From NCBI GenBank assembly GCA_039028875.1, contig JBCCHE010000024.1, positions 3,851 to 67,850 of the forward strand: 64,000 nucleotides of DNA. The letters run 5' to 3'. The notes below the pieces were generated by a model. It made no database searches. It was not told the DNA's origin and worked only from the letters and a program-made list of their open reading frames with translations. Shown here one piece after another: positions 28,114 through 37,891 of this stretch. A program made the position numbers and the translations under genes. The DNA comes from Myxococcota bacterium. Its GTDB lineage: Bacteria > Myxococcota_A > Polyangia > Polyangiales > Houyiibacteriaceae. Position 1 is the first letter of the stretch. The number at the start of each line of letters is the position of its first letter.

Positions 28114-29004
28114 ATGAAGGACGAAGCCAAGTACCGCGTGGGCATGGTCGCCAAGATGACTGGACTGTCGACCCATACGCTTCGGGTTTGGGAGAAGCGG
28201 TATGCGGCGGTCCTTCCCCATCGAACCGAAGCCGGGGGCCGGCTCTATAACGACGCGGACGTCGCGCGGTTGAGGGTCCTCAGCCGGCTGGTGGCCGAGG
28301 GGCACTCGATCGGTGGAATCGCGGGGCTGCCAACCGTCGAGCTCCAGGGCATGGCCGCCAAGCTACCATCGGCGGAGCCTCAGGGCAGGACCGACCGGCT
28401 CGAGCTGTTGAGGCGACGGTTCATTGCGTCGATCGAGGACCTCGACGTCCTCGGGGCCGAGCAGATGCTGTCGCGTGCCGCCCTTGGAACCGAGCCGGGG
28501 GAGTTTCTGAGGAGCGTCGTGGGCCCGATCTTGAGTGAAGTGGGGGATCGGTGGGAGCGAGGTGAGCTTCGGATTGCGCACGAGCACGCGAGCTCGACCG
28601 TGATGCGAGGGCTTCTGTTCTCGCTGATGCGCCTTTACCCCGCGAGCGACGCCATGCCGGTCACGGTGGTGGCCACGCCTGCAGGCGAGCGCCACGAACT
28701 CGGCGCCCTCATGGTCGCAATGCTCGCCACCATGCACGGTTGGCGCGTTCTCTACCTGGGAGCCGACCTCCCAGCGGAGGAGATCGGCTTCGCCGCACGC
28801 GAAGCGAATGCCAAAATGATCATGGTCTCGGTGAGCAATCTCGACGGCGAGGCGGTCGCCCGTGAGTTCGACGCGATCGAGAAGGCGGCCCCGCCGGGTG
28901 TTCGGATCCTCGCCGGCGGCCGGGCGGCCGTCGCGAACCCGTCGAGCCGGATCGAAGTGCACGACGACCTCGACCAAGTGGAGCGCGTGCTCAACCGCTC
29001 GTGA
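28114..29004 (+). CDS. carH: CarH/LitR-type MerR regulator with a cobalamin-binding domain
   Basis: MerR HTH (TLRVWEKRY...RTEAGGRLY); W-x9-EH (WERGELRIAHEH); ExHxxG (ERHELG); YLGADLP; AGG. Confidence 0.9.
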   Translation: MKDEAKYRVGMVAKMTGLSTHTLRVWEKRYAAVLPHRTEAGGRLYNDADVARLRVLSRLVAEGHSIGGIAGLPTVELQGMAAKLPSAEPQGRTDRLELLRRRFIASIEDLDVLGAEQMLSRAALGTEPGEFLRSVVGPILSEVGDRWERGELRIAHEHASSTVMRGLLFSLMRLYPASDAMPVTVVATPAGERHELGALMVAMLATMHGWRVLYLGADLPAEEIGFAAREANAKMIMVSVSNLDGEAVAREFDAIEKAAPPGVRILAGGRAAVANPSSRIEVHDDLDQVERVLNRS

Positions 29005-29629
29005 CTGGGGGCCCTGGCGGCACGCTTTCATGCGCGGCGCCCTTGATGACCTTCTGAGCCAAGGTCGCCAAGCTTCGCGCACCGCTCTTCTTCAGAAGCG
29101 ATCGAATCTGCGCCTTGACCGTGTTTTCGGCGACCCCGAGGGCGTCCGCGAGCTCTTTTCGAGAGAGTCCATCGACCGACAACGTCAGCAGTTCGGTTTC
29201 GCGGCGCGTCAACCGAAGTTGTCGAGCGAGGTGCTCGATACGTTGGCCGATCGCGGCGTCGTCGACCCGCTCTTGCGCGAGGGCGCGTTGGATGAACGGG
29301 TTGAGGTTGTCGGCGGACGCGGGCTTGCAAACGTACTCGCCTCGCATCGTCTGCACTTTGTTAACTACATCACGATTAAGCTCACCCGTCAGGACCAGAA
29401 CGGGGAGCGCACCGTATTGCTCCCGGATCTCCGCCAGAAGGTCGAGGCCGTAGCCGTCGGGCAGGATCAGGTCGAGGACGACACCAGTCCACTCGGCGTG
29501 CGTTCCAAGTTTGTCGCGCGCCGCCGCCATGTTGTGAACGACGTCGACGGGGCCATGGCGCCCGAACGTTCTTGCCAGCGTTCGGGCCAGGGTCGGCTCG
29601 TCCTCTACGATCAGAAAGCCACCGGGCAT
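28991..29629 (-). CDS. Orphan response regulator (REC + LuxR HTH)
   Basis: LIVEDE, LDLILPDG, LTG, KP; LTRRETELL...LGVAENTVK. Confidence 0.9.
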   Translation of the reverse strand: MPGGFLIVEDEPTLARTLARTFGRHGPVDVVHNMAAARDKLGTHAEWTGVVLDLILPDGYGLDLLAEIREQYGALPVLVLTGELNRDVVNKVQTMRGEYVCKPASADNLNPFIQRALAQERVDDAAIGQRIEHLARQLRLTRRETELLTLSVDGLSRKELADALGVAENTVKAQIRSLLKKSGARSLATLAQKVIKGAAHESVPPGPPVTSG

Positions 29630-29860
29630 GCGGCGTAAGCTAACCCAGTTGACCCGTCCGGTGGTACCGATTCCGGCCAGAGGACGATGTTTTTAACCCC
29701 TAAACGGATCTTCAGCATTCTAGCGTCGCTCGAAAGGCTTTGATTTCGAAGGCTTAGCGAAGCCCGCGAGACCGTGCCCGGGAGCGGGCGGTCAGCCAGG
29801 TGGGCGAAGAATGCGGGAGACTTGACGCAACGGGTTGGCGCCTCTTCAATGTTCGAACGA

Positions 29861-31477
29861 ATGTACGCGGTGCTGATCACCGACGGGGGAGGCGAGAAGC
29901 GAAGGCTCGATTTTTCGAAGCCTGAGTTGACCGTCGGACGCGTCAACGGAAACGATATCGTCCTTGCCAAGCGCAACGTGTCGAAGCAGCACGCCCGCCT
30001 CTCGCTCGAGGACGAGAAGGCCGTGGTGGTCGACCTCAACAGCACCAACGGCACCTGGGTCAACGGCCGCAAGATCACCGCGCCTCACCCGCTGAAGCAG
30101 GGTGACAAGATCTACATCGCCGACTTCATCATTACGCTCGAGGGAGATTCGGCCACGGCACAGGGAAGCCGAGCGCCAGAGCAAGTCTCAGAGCCGCCCC
30201 CGCCACCTTCGGCCGCGCCGGCGCCGGCTCGGTCGTCGATCCCGAAGACATCGATTCCGGTCCGCACCTCGTTGCCGCACCGGGCACGGACCAGTCGACC
30301 GAAGGACCCGGTCGCGACGAGCTTGCCGCCAAGAATCGAGAGCCGACCGACCGACGAAGCGGAGTTGGGCACGCCTGCGAAGGACCCCTTGGCCGAACTG
30401 ATGCGCCGACTGTCCAAGAGGCTCGATATCGAAGACGTGAGCCCCGAGGCCATGAAGGACCAAGACCGGTGGTCCGCCGCGCGCGCCGCCATCGCCGAGA
30501 CCTTCCTCACCATGCAGAAAGACGGCTCGGTCGACTCGGATGTCGACATGCGTCAGGTCGCACACACGGCGCTGCACGAGATCGTTGGACTCGGCGCGTT
30601 GGACGATGTGCTTTCGAACGAAGAGATCCAGTGGATCGTCGTTAGTGGTCGGGACCGTGTGCTCATCGACACGGGAGAGGGTCCGCGACCTACCGCGCTC
30701 TCGTTCTCATCGGCCAAGGCCCTCGACATCATCGCTCGACGACTTGCCGCGCAGTGCGACCGGCCGCTCGGCGACGAACCGGTGTTCCACGGACGACTCA
30801 GCTTCGGTCCGAGGGTGACGATCCTTCGCCCTCCGCTCGTTTCTCCGGGACCCTTGATCGAGATCCGCATCGACCAAAGCGCAGCACTCGACCAGCTCTG
30901 CGAGGACGGCTGGATGTCCCCCGAGGCCGCCGCGCACCTGCGAAAGGCGACCGCCGAATGCCGCAACATCGCGGTGCTGGGCCCCGCCGGGTCGGGCGTC
31001 TCCACCCTGTTGTCTGCGCTCTGCCAGGAGCTTCCCGAGGAGGAGAACACAGCCTTGGTCGAGGCACTGCCGGACCTCGACGTCGATCGCACCAAGGTCG
31101 TGTCCTTCAGCGCCGCGGATGCGGGCCTGTCGATGTCTCAGACCATCGCCCACGCTTCGCGGCTGCGAACAGACCACCTGGTGTTGAGTGATCTCACTGG
31201 CGCCGAAGTGGCTTCGGCCCTGGGCGTCATCGGCGGGCGTGAGCCAGGGCATCTGCTTGGCGTGCACTGTGCGACGACCAGCAACGCGGTCGAAGGACTG
31301 GTCCTCGCGACGAGCTGTGGCGGAACCGACCGAGCCTGCGCCGCGCAGATGATCGGGAGCGCACTTCACACCATCGTCGCCGTCGAACGAGGATCAACAG
31401 GGAACAAAGTGTCTGCGATCTTTACCATCGAAGGGCACGAAGCGGGCGACGTCAGCTACGAATCGGTTCCCGTCTAG
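29861..31477 (+). CDS. FHA domain fused to a CpaF/TadA-like ATPase fold with degenerate catalytic motifs
   Basis: VGRVNGNDIVL...VSKQHA...DLNSTNGTWVNG (FHA); EIVGLGALDDVL, RVTILRPPL, RNIAVLGPAGSGVST, RLRTDHLV. Start 29861 (or 29849) inferred. Confidence 0.85.
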   Translation: MYAVLITDGGGEKRRLDFSKPELTVGRVNGNDIVLAKRNVSKQHARLSLEDEKAVVVDLNSTNGTWVNGRKITAPHPLKQGDKIYIADFIITLEGDSATAQGSRAPEQVSEPPPPPSAAPAPARSSIPKTSIPVRTSLPHRARTSRPKDPVATSLPPRIESRPTDEAELGTPAKDPLAELMRRLSKRLDIEDVSPEAMKDQDRWSAARAAIAETFLTMQKDGSVDSDVDMRQVAHTALHEIVGLGALDDVLSNEEIQWIVVSGRDRVLIDTGEGPRPTALSFSSAKALDIIARRLAAQCDRPLGDEPVFHGRLSFGPRVTILRPPLVSPGPLIEIRIDQSAALDQLCEDGWMSPEAAAHLRKATAECRNIAVLGPAGSGVSTLLSALCQELPEEENTALVEALPDLDVDRTKVVSFSAADAGLSMSQTIAHASRLRTDHLVLSDLTGAEVASALGVIGGREPGHLLGVHCATTSNAVEGLVLATSCGGTDRACAAQMIGSALHTIVAVERGSTGNKVSAIFTIEGHEAGDVSYESVPV

Positions 31478-31512
31478 TCGCGCGGATCGACAGTGGCGTT
31501 CGGGGACCGCGC

Positions 31513-32310
31513 TCAGGCGCCCTTGCTCATGACCTCTCGCGGGGTGGCGCTGACACCCGGCGCAGGATACGCGGGCCGGGCAAAGTAGTAGCCCTGGCCA
31601 TAGTGCGCACCACAATCGACGACGACCTTCATCTCGGTCTCCTGCTCGATTCCTTCCGCGACGACGCGGGCTCCGAGTTCGTGGCAGAGTCGCACGATGT
31701 GCCGCACCAAGACTTGAGCGCGACGGTCGTCTGCGAGGTCGGCGATGAGCGTACGATCGAGTTTGACGATCTCCGGCTTGAGATCGACGATGTACTTGAG
31801 GTTGGAGTACCCGGCGCCGAGGTCATCGACGGCGAGGGAAACGCCCTTTCCACGGATCTCGCGAAGCACGCTGTGGCAGTAGGCAAAGTGGGTCAACGGC
31901 ACCGACTCGGTCACCTCGAGGTAGATCGGCTGATCGTGTGTGAAGATCGGATCGTCGGGCTGAACGAGCCAAGACTCGTCGAACTCGTTCGGGTGCACGT
32001 TGAGGAAGAGCGGAGCGCCGCCGCAGTTTGCGGTGGCGATCTCCCGAATCGCGCGACCGAGCGCGCCGACGCATCGGCTCTTGATCGCCTCGTCGAACAA
32101 CTTGGGCGGGTTGATCCAATGCGGTGAATCACTGCGAACGAGCGCTTCGTACGCGAACGGCTCCATCGTCGTCAGCGACACGATCGGCTGGTAGACGACG
32201 CTCAGGTCGCCTCGCGCCAACACGCCAGGGAGGCCCTTGACGCTACGCAGTCGGGGGATCCCCGACCTGCGTTGCTGGGTCTGCTTCAACCAGTTCCCGA
32301 AATTCGTCAC
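31513..32310 (-). CDS. Stand-alone EAL-domain c-di-GMP phosphodiesterase
   Basis: YQPIV, EALVR, LFLNV, EVTE, DDLGAGYS, KLDR, AEGIE, QGYYFARP. Confidence 0.92.
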   Translation of the reverse strand: MTNFGNWLKQTQQRRSGIPRLRSVKGLPGVLARGDLSVVYQPIVSLTTMEPFAYEALVRSDSPHWINPPKLFDEAIKSRCVGALGRAIREIATANCGGAPLFLNVHPNEFDESWLVQPDDPIFTHDQPIYLEVTESVPLTHFAYCHSVLREIRGKGVSLAVDDLGAGYSNLKYIVDLKPEIVKLDRTLIADLADDRRAQVLVRHIVRLCHELGARVVAEGIEQETEMKVVVDCGAHYGQGYYFARPAYPAPGVSATPREVMSKGA

Positions 32311-32435
32311 AGTTTGCCTGACACGGTAAGTTTACACTAAATGACCCACGAGTAGGTATCCCCAATCAAGGATATCGCTGCCCACCTGGGTACCATCCTA
32401 GCGCACTCTCGGCGGCTCTGGTATGCCGCGCAGCA

Positions 32436-33473
32436 ATGCGTACTGCCGGTTCCATTGGCCCTTCCGAAGAAAGCCCCATCGGCACGACCCTCGAGCGCCA
32501 CCTGCTCGAACGACAGCGAAGGATGCCGGAGGCCACGGGCGATTTCACCGGTCTATTTCAGCAGATCATGCTCGCGGCCAAGATCATCGGGAGCCGGGTG
32601 AGCAAAGCGGGCCTCTCGGGCATCCTCGGGCGAACGGGCCAGACCAACGTCCAGGGCGAGGCGGTGCAGAAGCTCGACATCTTCGCCAACAACACGATCG
32701 TCGGGACGGTTGAGGCGGGCGGTCACGTCTGCGTGATGGGCAGCGAAGAGGTGGAGGACCCGATCGGGATCCCTGCCCGATACCCACAGGGGAAATACGT
32801 CCTGCAGTTCGATCCGCTGGACGGCTCGGGCAACATCGACATCAACGCCTCGATCGGAACGATTTTTTCGATCCATCGGAGGATCTCCCCGGACGGGACG
32901 CCGGGGACACTCGAAGACCTGCTGCAACCTGGCCGCGATATCGTGGCCGCGGGGTACGTGATTTACGGTTCGTCGAACATGCTCGTGTACTCGACGGGAC
33001 ACGGTGTCGATGGCTTTACATACGACCCCGGAGTCGGTGAGTTCTTTCTGTCCCACCCGAACATTCGAATCCCCGACCGGGGGTGGATCTACTCGATCAA
33101 CGAGGGCAACTACCACAACTGGGATTCACGCATCCAGCGCTGGGCCGACTGGATCAAGACCCCCAACGAAGACCGACCGGCATACCGCCTTCGCTACATC
33201 GGCGCCATGGTGGCCGATCTCCATCGCACACTTCTCAGGGGCGGGGTCTTCGCGTACCCGCACGACGTCACGAACCGCAAGGGGAAACTGCGGTTGCTCT
33301 ACGAGGCAAGCCCAATGGCGTTCTTGGTGGAAGCCGCCGGGGGCTCGGCCACAGACGGAAGCCAGCGATTGCTCGAGATCAAGCCCCAGGAGCTTCATCA
33401 GCGAACGCCGGTGTTCATGGGAAGCTCGAAAGACATCGAGGACCTGATGCGGTTCGCGAACGAAAACCCTTAG
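32436..33473 (+). CDS. fbp: Class 1 fructose-1,6-bisphosphatase
   Basis: NVQGE..QKLD, SEE, FDPLDGSGNID, YSINEGN, GKLRLLYEA. Confidence 0.96.
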   Translation: MRTAGSIGPSEESPIGTTLERHLLERQRRMPEATGDFTGLFQQIMLAAKIIGSRVSKAGLSGILGRTGQTNVQGEAVQKLDIFANNTIVGTVEAGGHVCVMGSEEVEDPIGIPARYPQGKYVLQFDPLDGSGNIDINASIGTIFSIHRRISPDGTPGTLEDLLQPGRDIVAAGYVIYGSSNMLVYSTGHGVDGFTYDPGVGEFFLSHPNIRIPDRGWIYSINEGNYHNWDSRIQRWADWIKTPNEDRPAYRLRYIGAMVADLHRTLLRGGVFAYPHDVTNRKGKLRLLYEASPMAFLVEAAGGSATDGSQRLLEIKPQELHQRTPVFMGSSKDIEDLMRFANENP

Positions 33474-33481
33474 GCGCCCTC

Positions 33482-34072
33482 TTAGAGTTTGGGTGTGAGG
33501 CTGAACGGAACCGCGGTTCGGACGCAGCCCCCCTCCGGATTCGGGAACTTCCACGACCGCGCGACACGCCTGACGCAAGAGTACACCTGAGAATCGCGCA
33601 ACGAGCCGGAGATCGACACGTTTCGTACGCGCCCTGAAGAGGCGATCGTGATCAGCACCGTCATCTGCCCCTGCAAGAGGTTGTTGTCCTTGAGGCGCTG
33701 CTCGTAGCAGGTTTGCACTTGCTTGCGTGGCGCACCGTTGATGGTCGCCCGGATCTGGCTTGCTTGAAGTGTCCCGTTGCAGACGACCGGCTCACGATCG
33801 CGTCCTCCGCCCGAGCCTTCCCCTTGGCCGGGTGTCTCGGGTGCCTCGGCGGGCTCGATCTCCTCGGGCTCGGGGATCTCGATCTCCGGTTCGAACTGAG
33901 CCCTCGGTGGGGGCTCTGGCTCGGCAACCTCGGCCACCGGCGCCGGGTCATCTCCTCGTTGGAGGTAGAACCACCCCGCGCTGCAGGTTCCCAAGAGTAG
34001 GAGGAGCACGACGGCGTACTTGCCCTTGCTGCTACTCGATTTTAGCGGCGGTAGGCTCGAACCCTGGGCCAC
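33482..34072 (-). CDS. Single-TM protein with AgmX/PglI (TonB-C-like) C-terminal domain
   Basis: TM, Pro/Glu linker, QVQTCYEQRLK...LQGQMTV..I...G.V...CV...ARSWKFP...PF; GTG 34072 with GAGGGG RBS. Confidence 0.8.
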   Translation of the reverse strand: MAQGSSLPPLKSSSSKGKYAVVLLLLLGTCSAGWFYLQRGDDPAPVAEVAEPEPPPRAQFEPEIEIPEPEEIEPAEAPETPGQGEGSGGGRDREPVVCNGTLQASQIRATINGAPRKQVQTCYEQRLKDNNLLQGQMTVLITIASSGRVRNVSISGSLRDSQVYSCVRRVARSWKFPNPEGGCVRTAVPFSLTPKL

Positions 34073-34238
34073 ATCCCCCTCACTTTCCTCACACTCCGGT
34101 CGTTCTGCTGGGTCGCGCGAAGTGTAGAATCCCCGGCGTCCGGCGCCAACTGTCGGGGTCCCCGGGGAGCCGAGAATCCCAGTTTGCCGTTTGTCGACCT
34201 CTCCTCTATGGTTCGGCCTCTTTAAACGGCAATTGGTG

Positions 34239-35843
34239 ATGGCGGATAAGCTCAAAGGGTTCTTTCTCGTACTACTCGTCGTGCTTCTTTCGGCGGTCTT
34301 CGCCCTCCAATTCGGGGGTGGGCAAGCCGAAGGTTGTGCAGCCGGCGGCTCGACCTATCTGGCGCGCGTCTACGACAGGACGCTCAGCCGCGGGGACTTC
34401 GAGGCTGCCTACGCGATTGGCAACTTCGGAAGGCTGCCGGCCGAGACGCAAGAGTCGCTCGGCCTTCCGCAGCTCGTCCTCAACGGACTGATCGATCGGA
34501 CCCTTCTTGCCCGCGAGGCGCGGAAGGTCGGCTTCGAGGTCAGCGAGGATGACGTGATGACGCGATTCGTCAACGACGGGGTGATTCTCTTGTCACTCGG
34601 AACCTCCGCGCCACCCGAGGTTCCCCAAGGCGAGATTCCGGTGAACTTCGAAGACAAAGACGGCACGTTCAATCTCGAGCTTGCCAAGCGATACATCGAG
34701 AACGGCCTCCGAAGGAGCGTCGGGGAGTTCGTCGAGGGCCAGGTCGACGAGTACTTGGCGGCGCAGATGCGCGATCTCGTCGCCTCCGTCGTCAACGTCA
34801 GCGACGCCGAGGCATGGGACGACTACGTGCGCGAGAACGATAGCGCGGAGCTCGAGTACGTCCGCTTTTCCCCCGCGTACTACGGCAAGAGCAAGCCCGC
34901 GGTGACCGAGACCGCGATCGCAGCGTGGATGGGCGAGCACGGCGAAGCGCTCGACAAGGCGTACGAAGCGAACAAGTTCCGTTTTACAAACCTCGACAAG
35001 CAGGTTCGGACGCAGCACATCCTGGTCAAGACGGGGTCTTTCGCGACGGACGAGGATCGCGCCAAGGCGGAGAAGAAGGCCATCGCCCTGCAGGCACGCG
35101 CCGCCAAGGGCGAGGACTTCTCGAAGCTCGCACGGACGGAGAGCGACGACCGCATCACCGGACCAAAGGGTGGCGACCTCGGCTATCAGCCGAAGGGCGC
35201 GATGCCCGAGGCTTTCGATGAGGCGGTCTTCTCGATGGAGGTCGATCAAGTCTCCGATGTCGTCGAGACCGACTTCGGCTACCACATCATCAAGGTCACG
35301 GGGATTCGCGAGGGTGATGTGCCCGAGGACGAGGCCAAGCGCGAGCTCGCCGAGAACCTGTACATCAAGGATTGGATCGAGACCGAAACCAAGGCGGCGG
35401 CCGCCGGGGCGCTCGCGGCTTGGAAGTCGTCTGGTAAAGGGGCCCTCGACGCCCGCCTCAGCAAAGAGGCCGAGCGCGACAAAGACTCGTCCATTGCCCC
35501 GTCTTTCGAGACCACCGGCAAGTTCGGACGTGAGGCCGTTCCGGTGCCCGGGCTGTCGACCAACATCCTGCTCGACGCCGTGTTTGCGGTCGAAGACGGC
35601 GAAGCGTTTCCGTCGGAGCCAGTTAGAGTCGGCCGCGAGTGGGTGATCTTCAAGGTGCTCGACCGCCGGCGCCCCGACGAGGCAGCGTTCACCGACGACC
35701 TTCGAGAGTCGACGCGCGAAGTCTTGCGCACGCTAAAGAAGGAAGAAGCCGTCAACGCGTACATTCGTGAGCTGCGCGAGCAAGCGGTCGAGGACGACGC
35801 GCTGCGCGTCAATCCACTCCAGACTGCGGATGGCAACAGCTAG
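34239..35843 (+). CDS. ppiD: PpiD/SurA-type parvulin periplasmic chaperone
   Basis: N-terminal TM, SurA-N region, QHILVK, GEDFSKLA..ESDD, GGDLG, TDFGYHII. Confidence 0.8.
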   Translation: MADKLKGFFLVLLVVLLSAVFALQFGGGQAEGCAAGGSTYLARVYDRTLSRGDFEAAYAIGNFGRLPAETQESLGLPQLVLNGLIDRTLLAREARKVGFEVSEDDVMTRFVNDGVILLSLGTSAPPEVPQGEIPVNFEDKDGTFNLELAKRYIENGLRRSVGEFVEGQVDEYLAAQMRDLVASVVNVSDAEAWDDYVRENDSAELEYVRFSPAYYGKSKPAVTETAIAAWMGEHGEALDKAYEANKFRFTNLDKQVRTQHILVKTGSFATDEDRAKAEKKAIALQARAAKGEDFSKLARTESDDRITGPKGGDLGYQPKGAMPEAFDEAVFSMEVDQVSDVVETDFGYHIIKVTGIREGDVPEDEAKRELAENLYIKDWIETETKAAAAGALAAWKSSGKGALDARLSKEAERDKDSSIAPSFETTGKFGREAVPVPGLSTNILLDAVFAVEDGEAFPSEPVRVGREWVIFKVLDRRRPDEAAFTDDLRESTREVLRTLKKEEAVNAYIRELREQAVEDDALRVNPLQTADGNS

Positions 35844-37134
35844 CGCCGTCGGGCTCCAAGAGCTTCGTTGCGAGTCGATGACGCTCGGCAACGGGCTCCG
35901 CGTCAGGCTCATACCCCTCCCCCACCTGCAATCGGCGACGGTCTCTTGCTTCGTTCGCGCGGGGTCCCGATACGAGTCCCAAAATACGAACGGCCTTAGT
36001 CACTTCCTAGAGCACATGCTCTACCGGGGAACGGCGCGCCATCCGAAGGCCCATGAGCTCAACCTCGCGATCGAACGACTCGGCGGTACGCTCGACGCCG
36101 CGACCCACGTGGACTTCACCAGCTACGACCTCACCCTGCCCCGAGAGACGATCACCGAGGGCACCGAGCTGCTTGCCGATGTGCTTCAGAACCCACTGCT
36201 CACCGAGCTGGGGACGGAGAAACAGATCATCCGTGAGGAGATTCTGGAAGAGCTCAACGAGCAGGGTGAACAGATCGACATCGATAACGTGTCCCGCCAG
36301 CTCCTCTATGGAGAACACTCCCTTGGGTTCACGATCGCGGGCCCCATCAGCAACCTGGATGCCTTCGGTGTGAACGACCTCCACCGCCACCACCGCGCGC
36401 ACTACGCGGCCAAGAACACCGTTCTTTGCGTGGCAGGCGCGTTCGACGAGGAAGCGATCAAAGCCGTGATCGCACGGGGATTCGAGAGCTTTCAGACGGG
36501 GACCGCGTCTCATGGAGGCAAGTGGAAGCCATCGACGGGTCAACCCCGATTCTCGTACGTGCACGAATCGGGGAGCCAAACCGAAGTACGGCTCTCGTTT
36601 CACACCCCGGGTGTGGGGAGCGCCGACGCCCCGACGTTCATCCTGTTGGATCGCATCCTGGACGACGGACTGAGCACGCGCGTCCATCAGACGGTGTGTG
36701 AAGAGCGCGGCCTCGCGTACGAGGCGTTCTCAGGGCAGGACACGTTCGAGGATTGCGGCGTGTACGACTTCGGTGCGTCGGTCGAGCACGGCAAGGTTCC
36801 GACACTCGTCGACACGCTGCTCGAGTTGGTCGCGGCGCTCACCAAAGCAACGCCGACGCCTGAGGAGATCGACAAAGCGAAGCGTCGCTACCTTTGGGAC
36901 CTTCGCACGGTCGTCGACGATCCGGAGGACACCTCGCATTTCATTGGCACGAGCGCGCTTTTCTCCCTGCCCGAATCTCTTCAAACGATTGCCGATCAGG
37001 TCATGGCTGTGACGGCCGAAGACGTACGCCGCGTCGTGCGTGACTACCTGACACCATCGAAGGCTCACCTCACATGCGTGGGCGTGCTCGAGGATCGAGT
37101 GCTTCGGTCGCTCGAAGGGGCAATCTGCCAGTAG
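35830..37134 (+). CDS. M16B family zinc peptidase
   Basis: TLGNGLRV, GSRYE, HFLEHM (HxxEH), EERGLAY. Confidence 0.92.
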   Translation: MATASAVGLQELRCESMTLGNGLRVRLIPLPHLQSATVSCFVRAGSRYESQNTNGLSHFLEHMLYRGTARHPKAHELNLAIERLGGTLDAATHVDFTSYDLTLPRETITEGTELLADVLQNPLLTELGTEKQIIREEILEELNEQGEQIDIDNVSRQLLYGEHSLGFTIAGPISNLDAFGVNDLHRHHRAHYAAKNTVLCVAGAFDEEAIKAVIARGFESFQTGTASHGGKWKPSTGQPRFSYVHESGSQTEVRLSFHTPGVGSADAPTFILLDRILDDGLSTRVHQTVCEERGLAYEAFSGQDTFEDCGVYDFGASVEHGKVPTLVDTLLELVAALTKATPTPEEIDKAKRRYLWDLRTVVDDPEDTSHFIGTSALFSLPESLQTIADQVMAVTAEDVRRVVRDYLTPSKAHLTCVGVLEDRVLRSLEGAICQ

Positions 37135-37147
37135 AGCGACACGGGGG

Positions 37148-37819
37148 TCATTCGTCGAGGTTGACCCAGTGCGCTTCGCCGTCGGGCCCCCACTCCTTTT
37201 TCCAGATGGGCACCGTTTCCTTGATTCGGTCGATGGCCTTTCGGCACGCGTCGAACGCTTCGGCACGGTGAGGCGCGCTCGCGGCCACGCATACGGCGAT
37301 GTCGCCGACGACAAGCTGTCCAACACGATGAACCGCCGTAAGTCGCACACCGGGGTGCTCACGCGCCACGCCGCCGAGCACGCGCTCCATTTCCTTGAGC
37401 GCAAGGCTCTCGTGGGCTTCGTAGTCGAGCCGTGAGACCGGTTTCCCATCGGCGTGGTCGCGAACGACACCGGTGAACATGCTCACCCCGCCCGCACCGG
37501 GGTCCGAGACTGCCCGCAGTGCGTCCTCGACTGAAATATCACAGTCCACGATGCGACAGGACACACGCGGCGCACCTCCCGCGACCGGGGGCAAAACGTC
37601 AATCCTGTCGCGATCACGGATGTCCTCGTCCCGATCGACGAAGTCCCCATTGACAGCGAGGCGCATCCGCTCGAGAAAAGGCCCGATCAGAGGGTGGCGT
37701 TCTGCAACGGCGCGACGCAACACCTCTTGGGCGACCACCGTCGATGGAAACTCGAACGTGGCAGACTCACAGCCCGCGAGCTCACGTGCGGCGGCGTAGT
37801 AATGCACATCGACCTTCAT
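37148..37819 (-). CDS. moaE: Fused molybdopterin synthase MoaD-MoaE
   Basis: YYAAARE...LAVN...LPPVAGG (MoaD) followed by FTGVVR, HRVG, SAPHR..AF, KETVPIWKKE (MoaE). Confidence 0.93.
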   Translation of the reverse strand: MKVDVHYYAAARELAGCESATFEFPSTVVAQEVLRRAVAERHPLIGPFLERMRLAVNGDFVDRDEDIRDRDRIDVLPPVAGGAPRVSCRIVDCDISVEDALRAVSDPGAGGVSMFTGVVRDHADGKPVSRLDYEAHESLALKEMERVLGGVAREHPGVRLTAVHRVGQLVVGDIAVCVAASAPHRAEAFDACRKAIDRIKETVPIWKKEWGPDGEAHWVNLDE

Positions 37820-37891
37820 CGTCGTCGCGCTAGCGTAGCAGGCACCTGCAGAGAGTCAGCTCCGCGCCTCCAACCATGTTAGGGTGCCGTC

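Noticed and set aside
32311-32435. GGCAAAC upstream of the EAL gene as a c-di-GMP-I riboswitch
   Set aside because: Lacks the GNRA hairpin and the downstream GCAAAG and P1 elements
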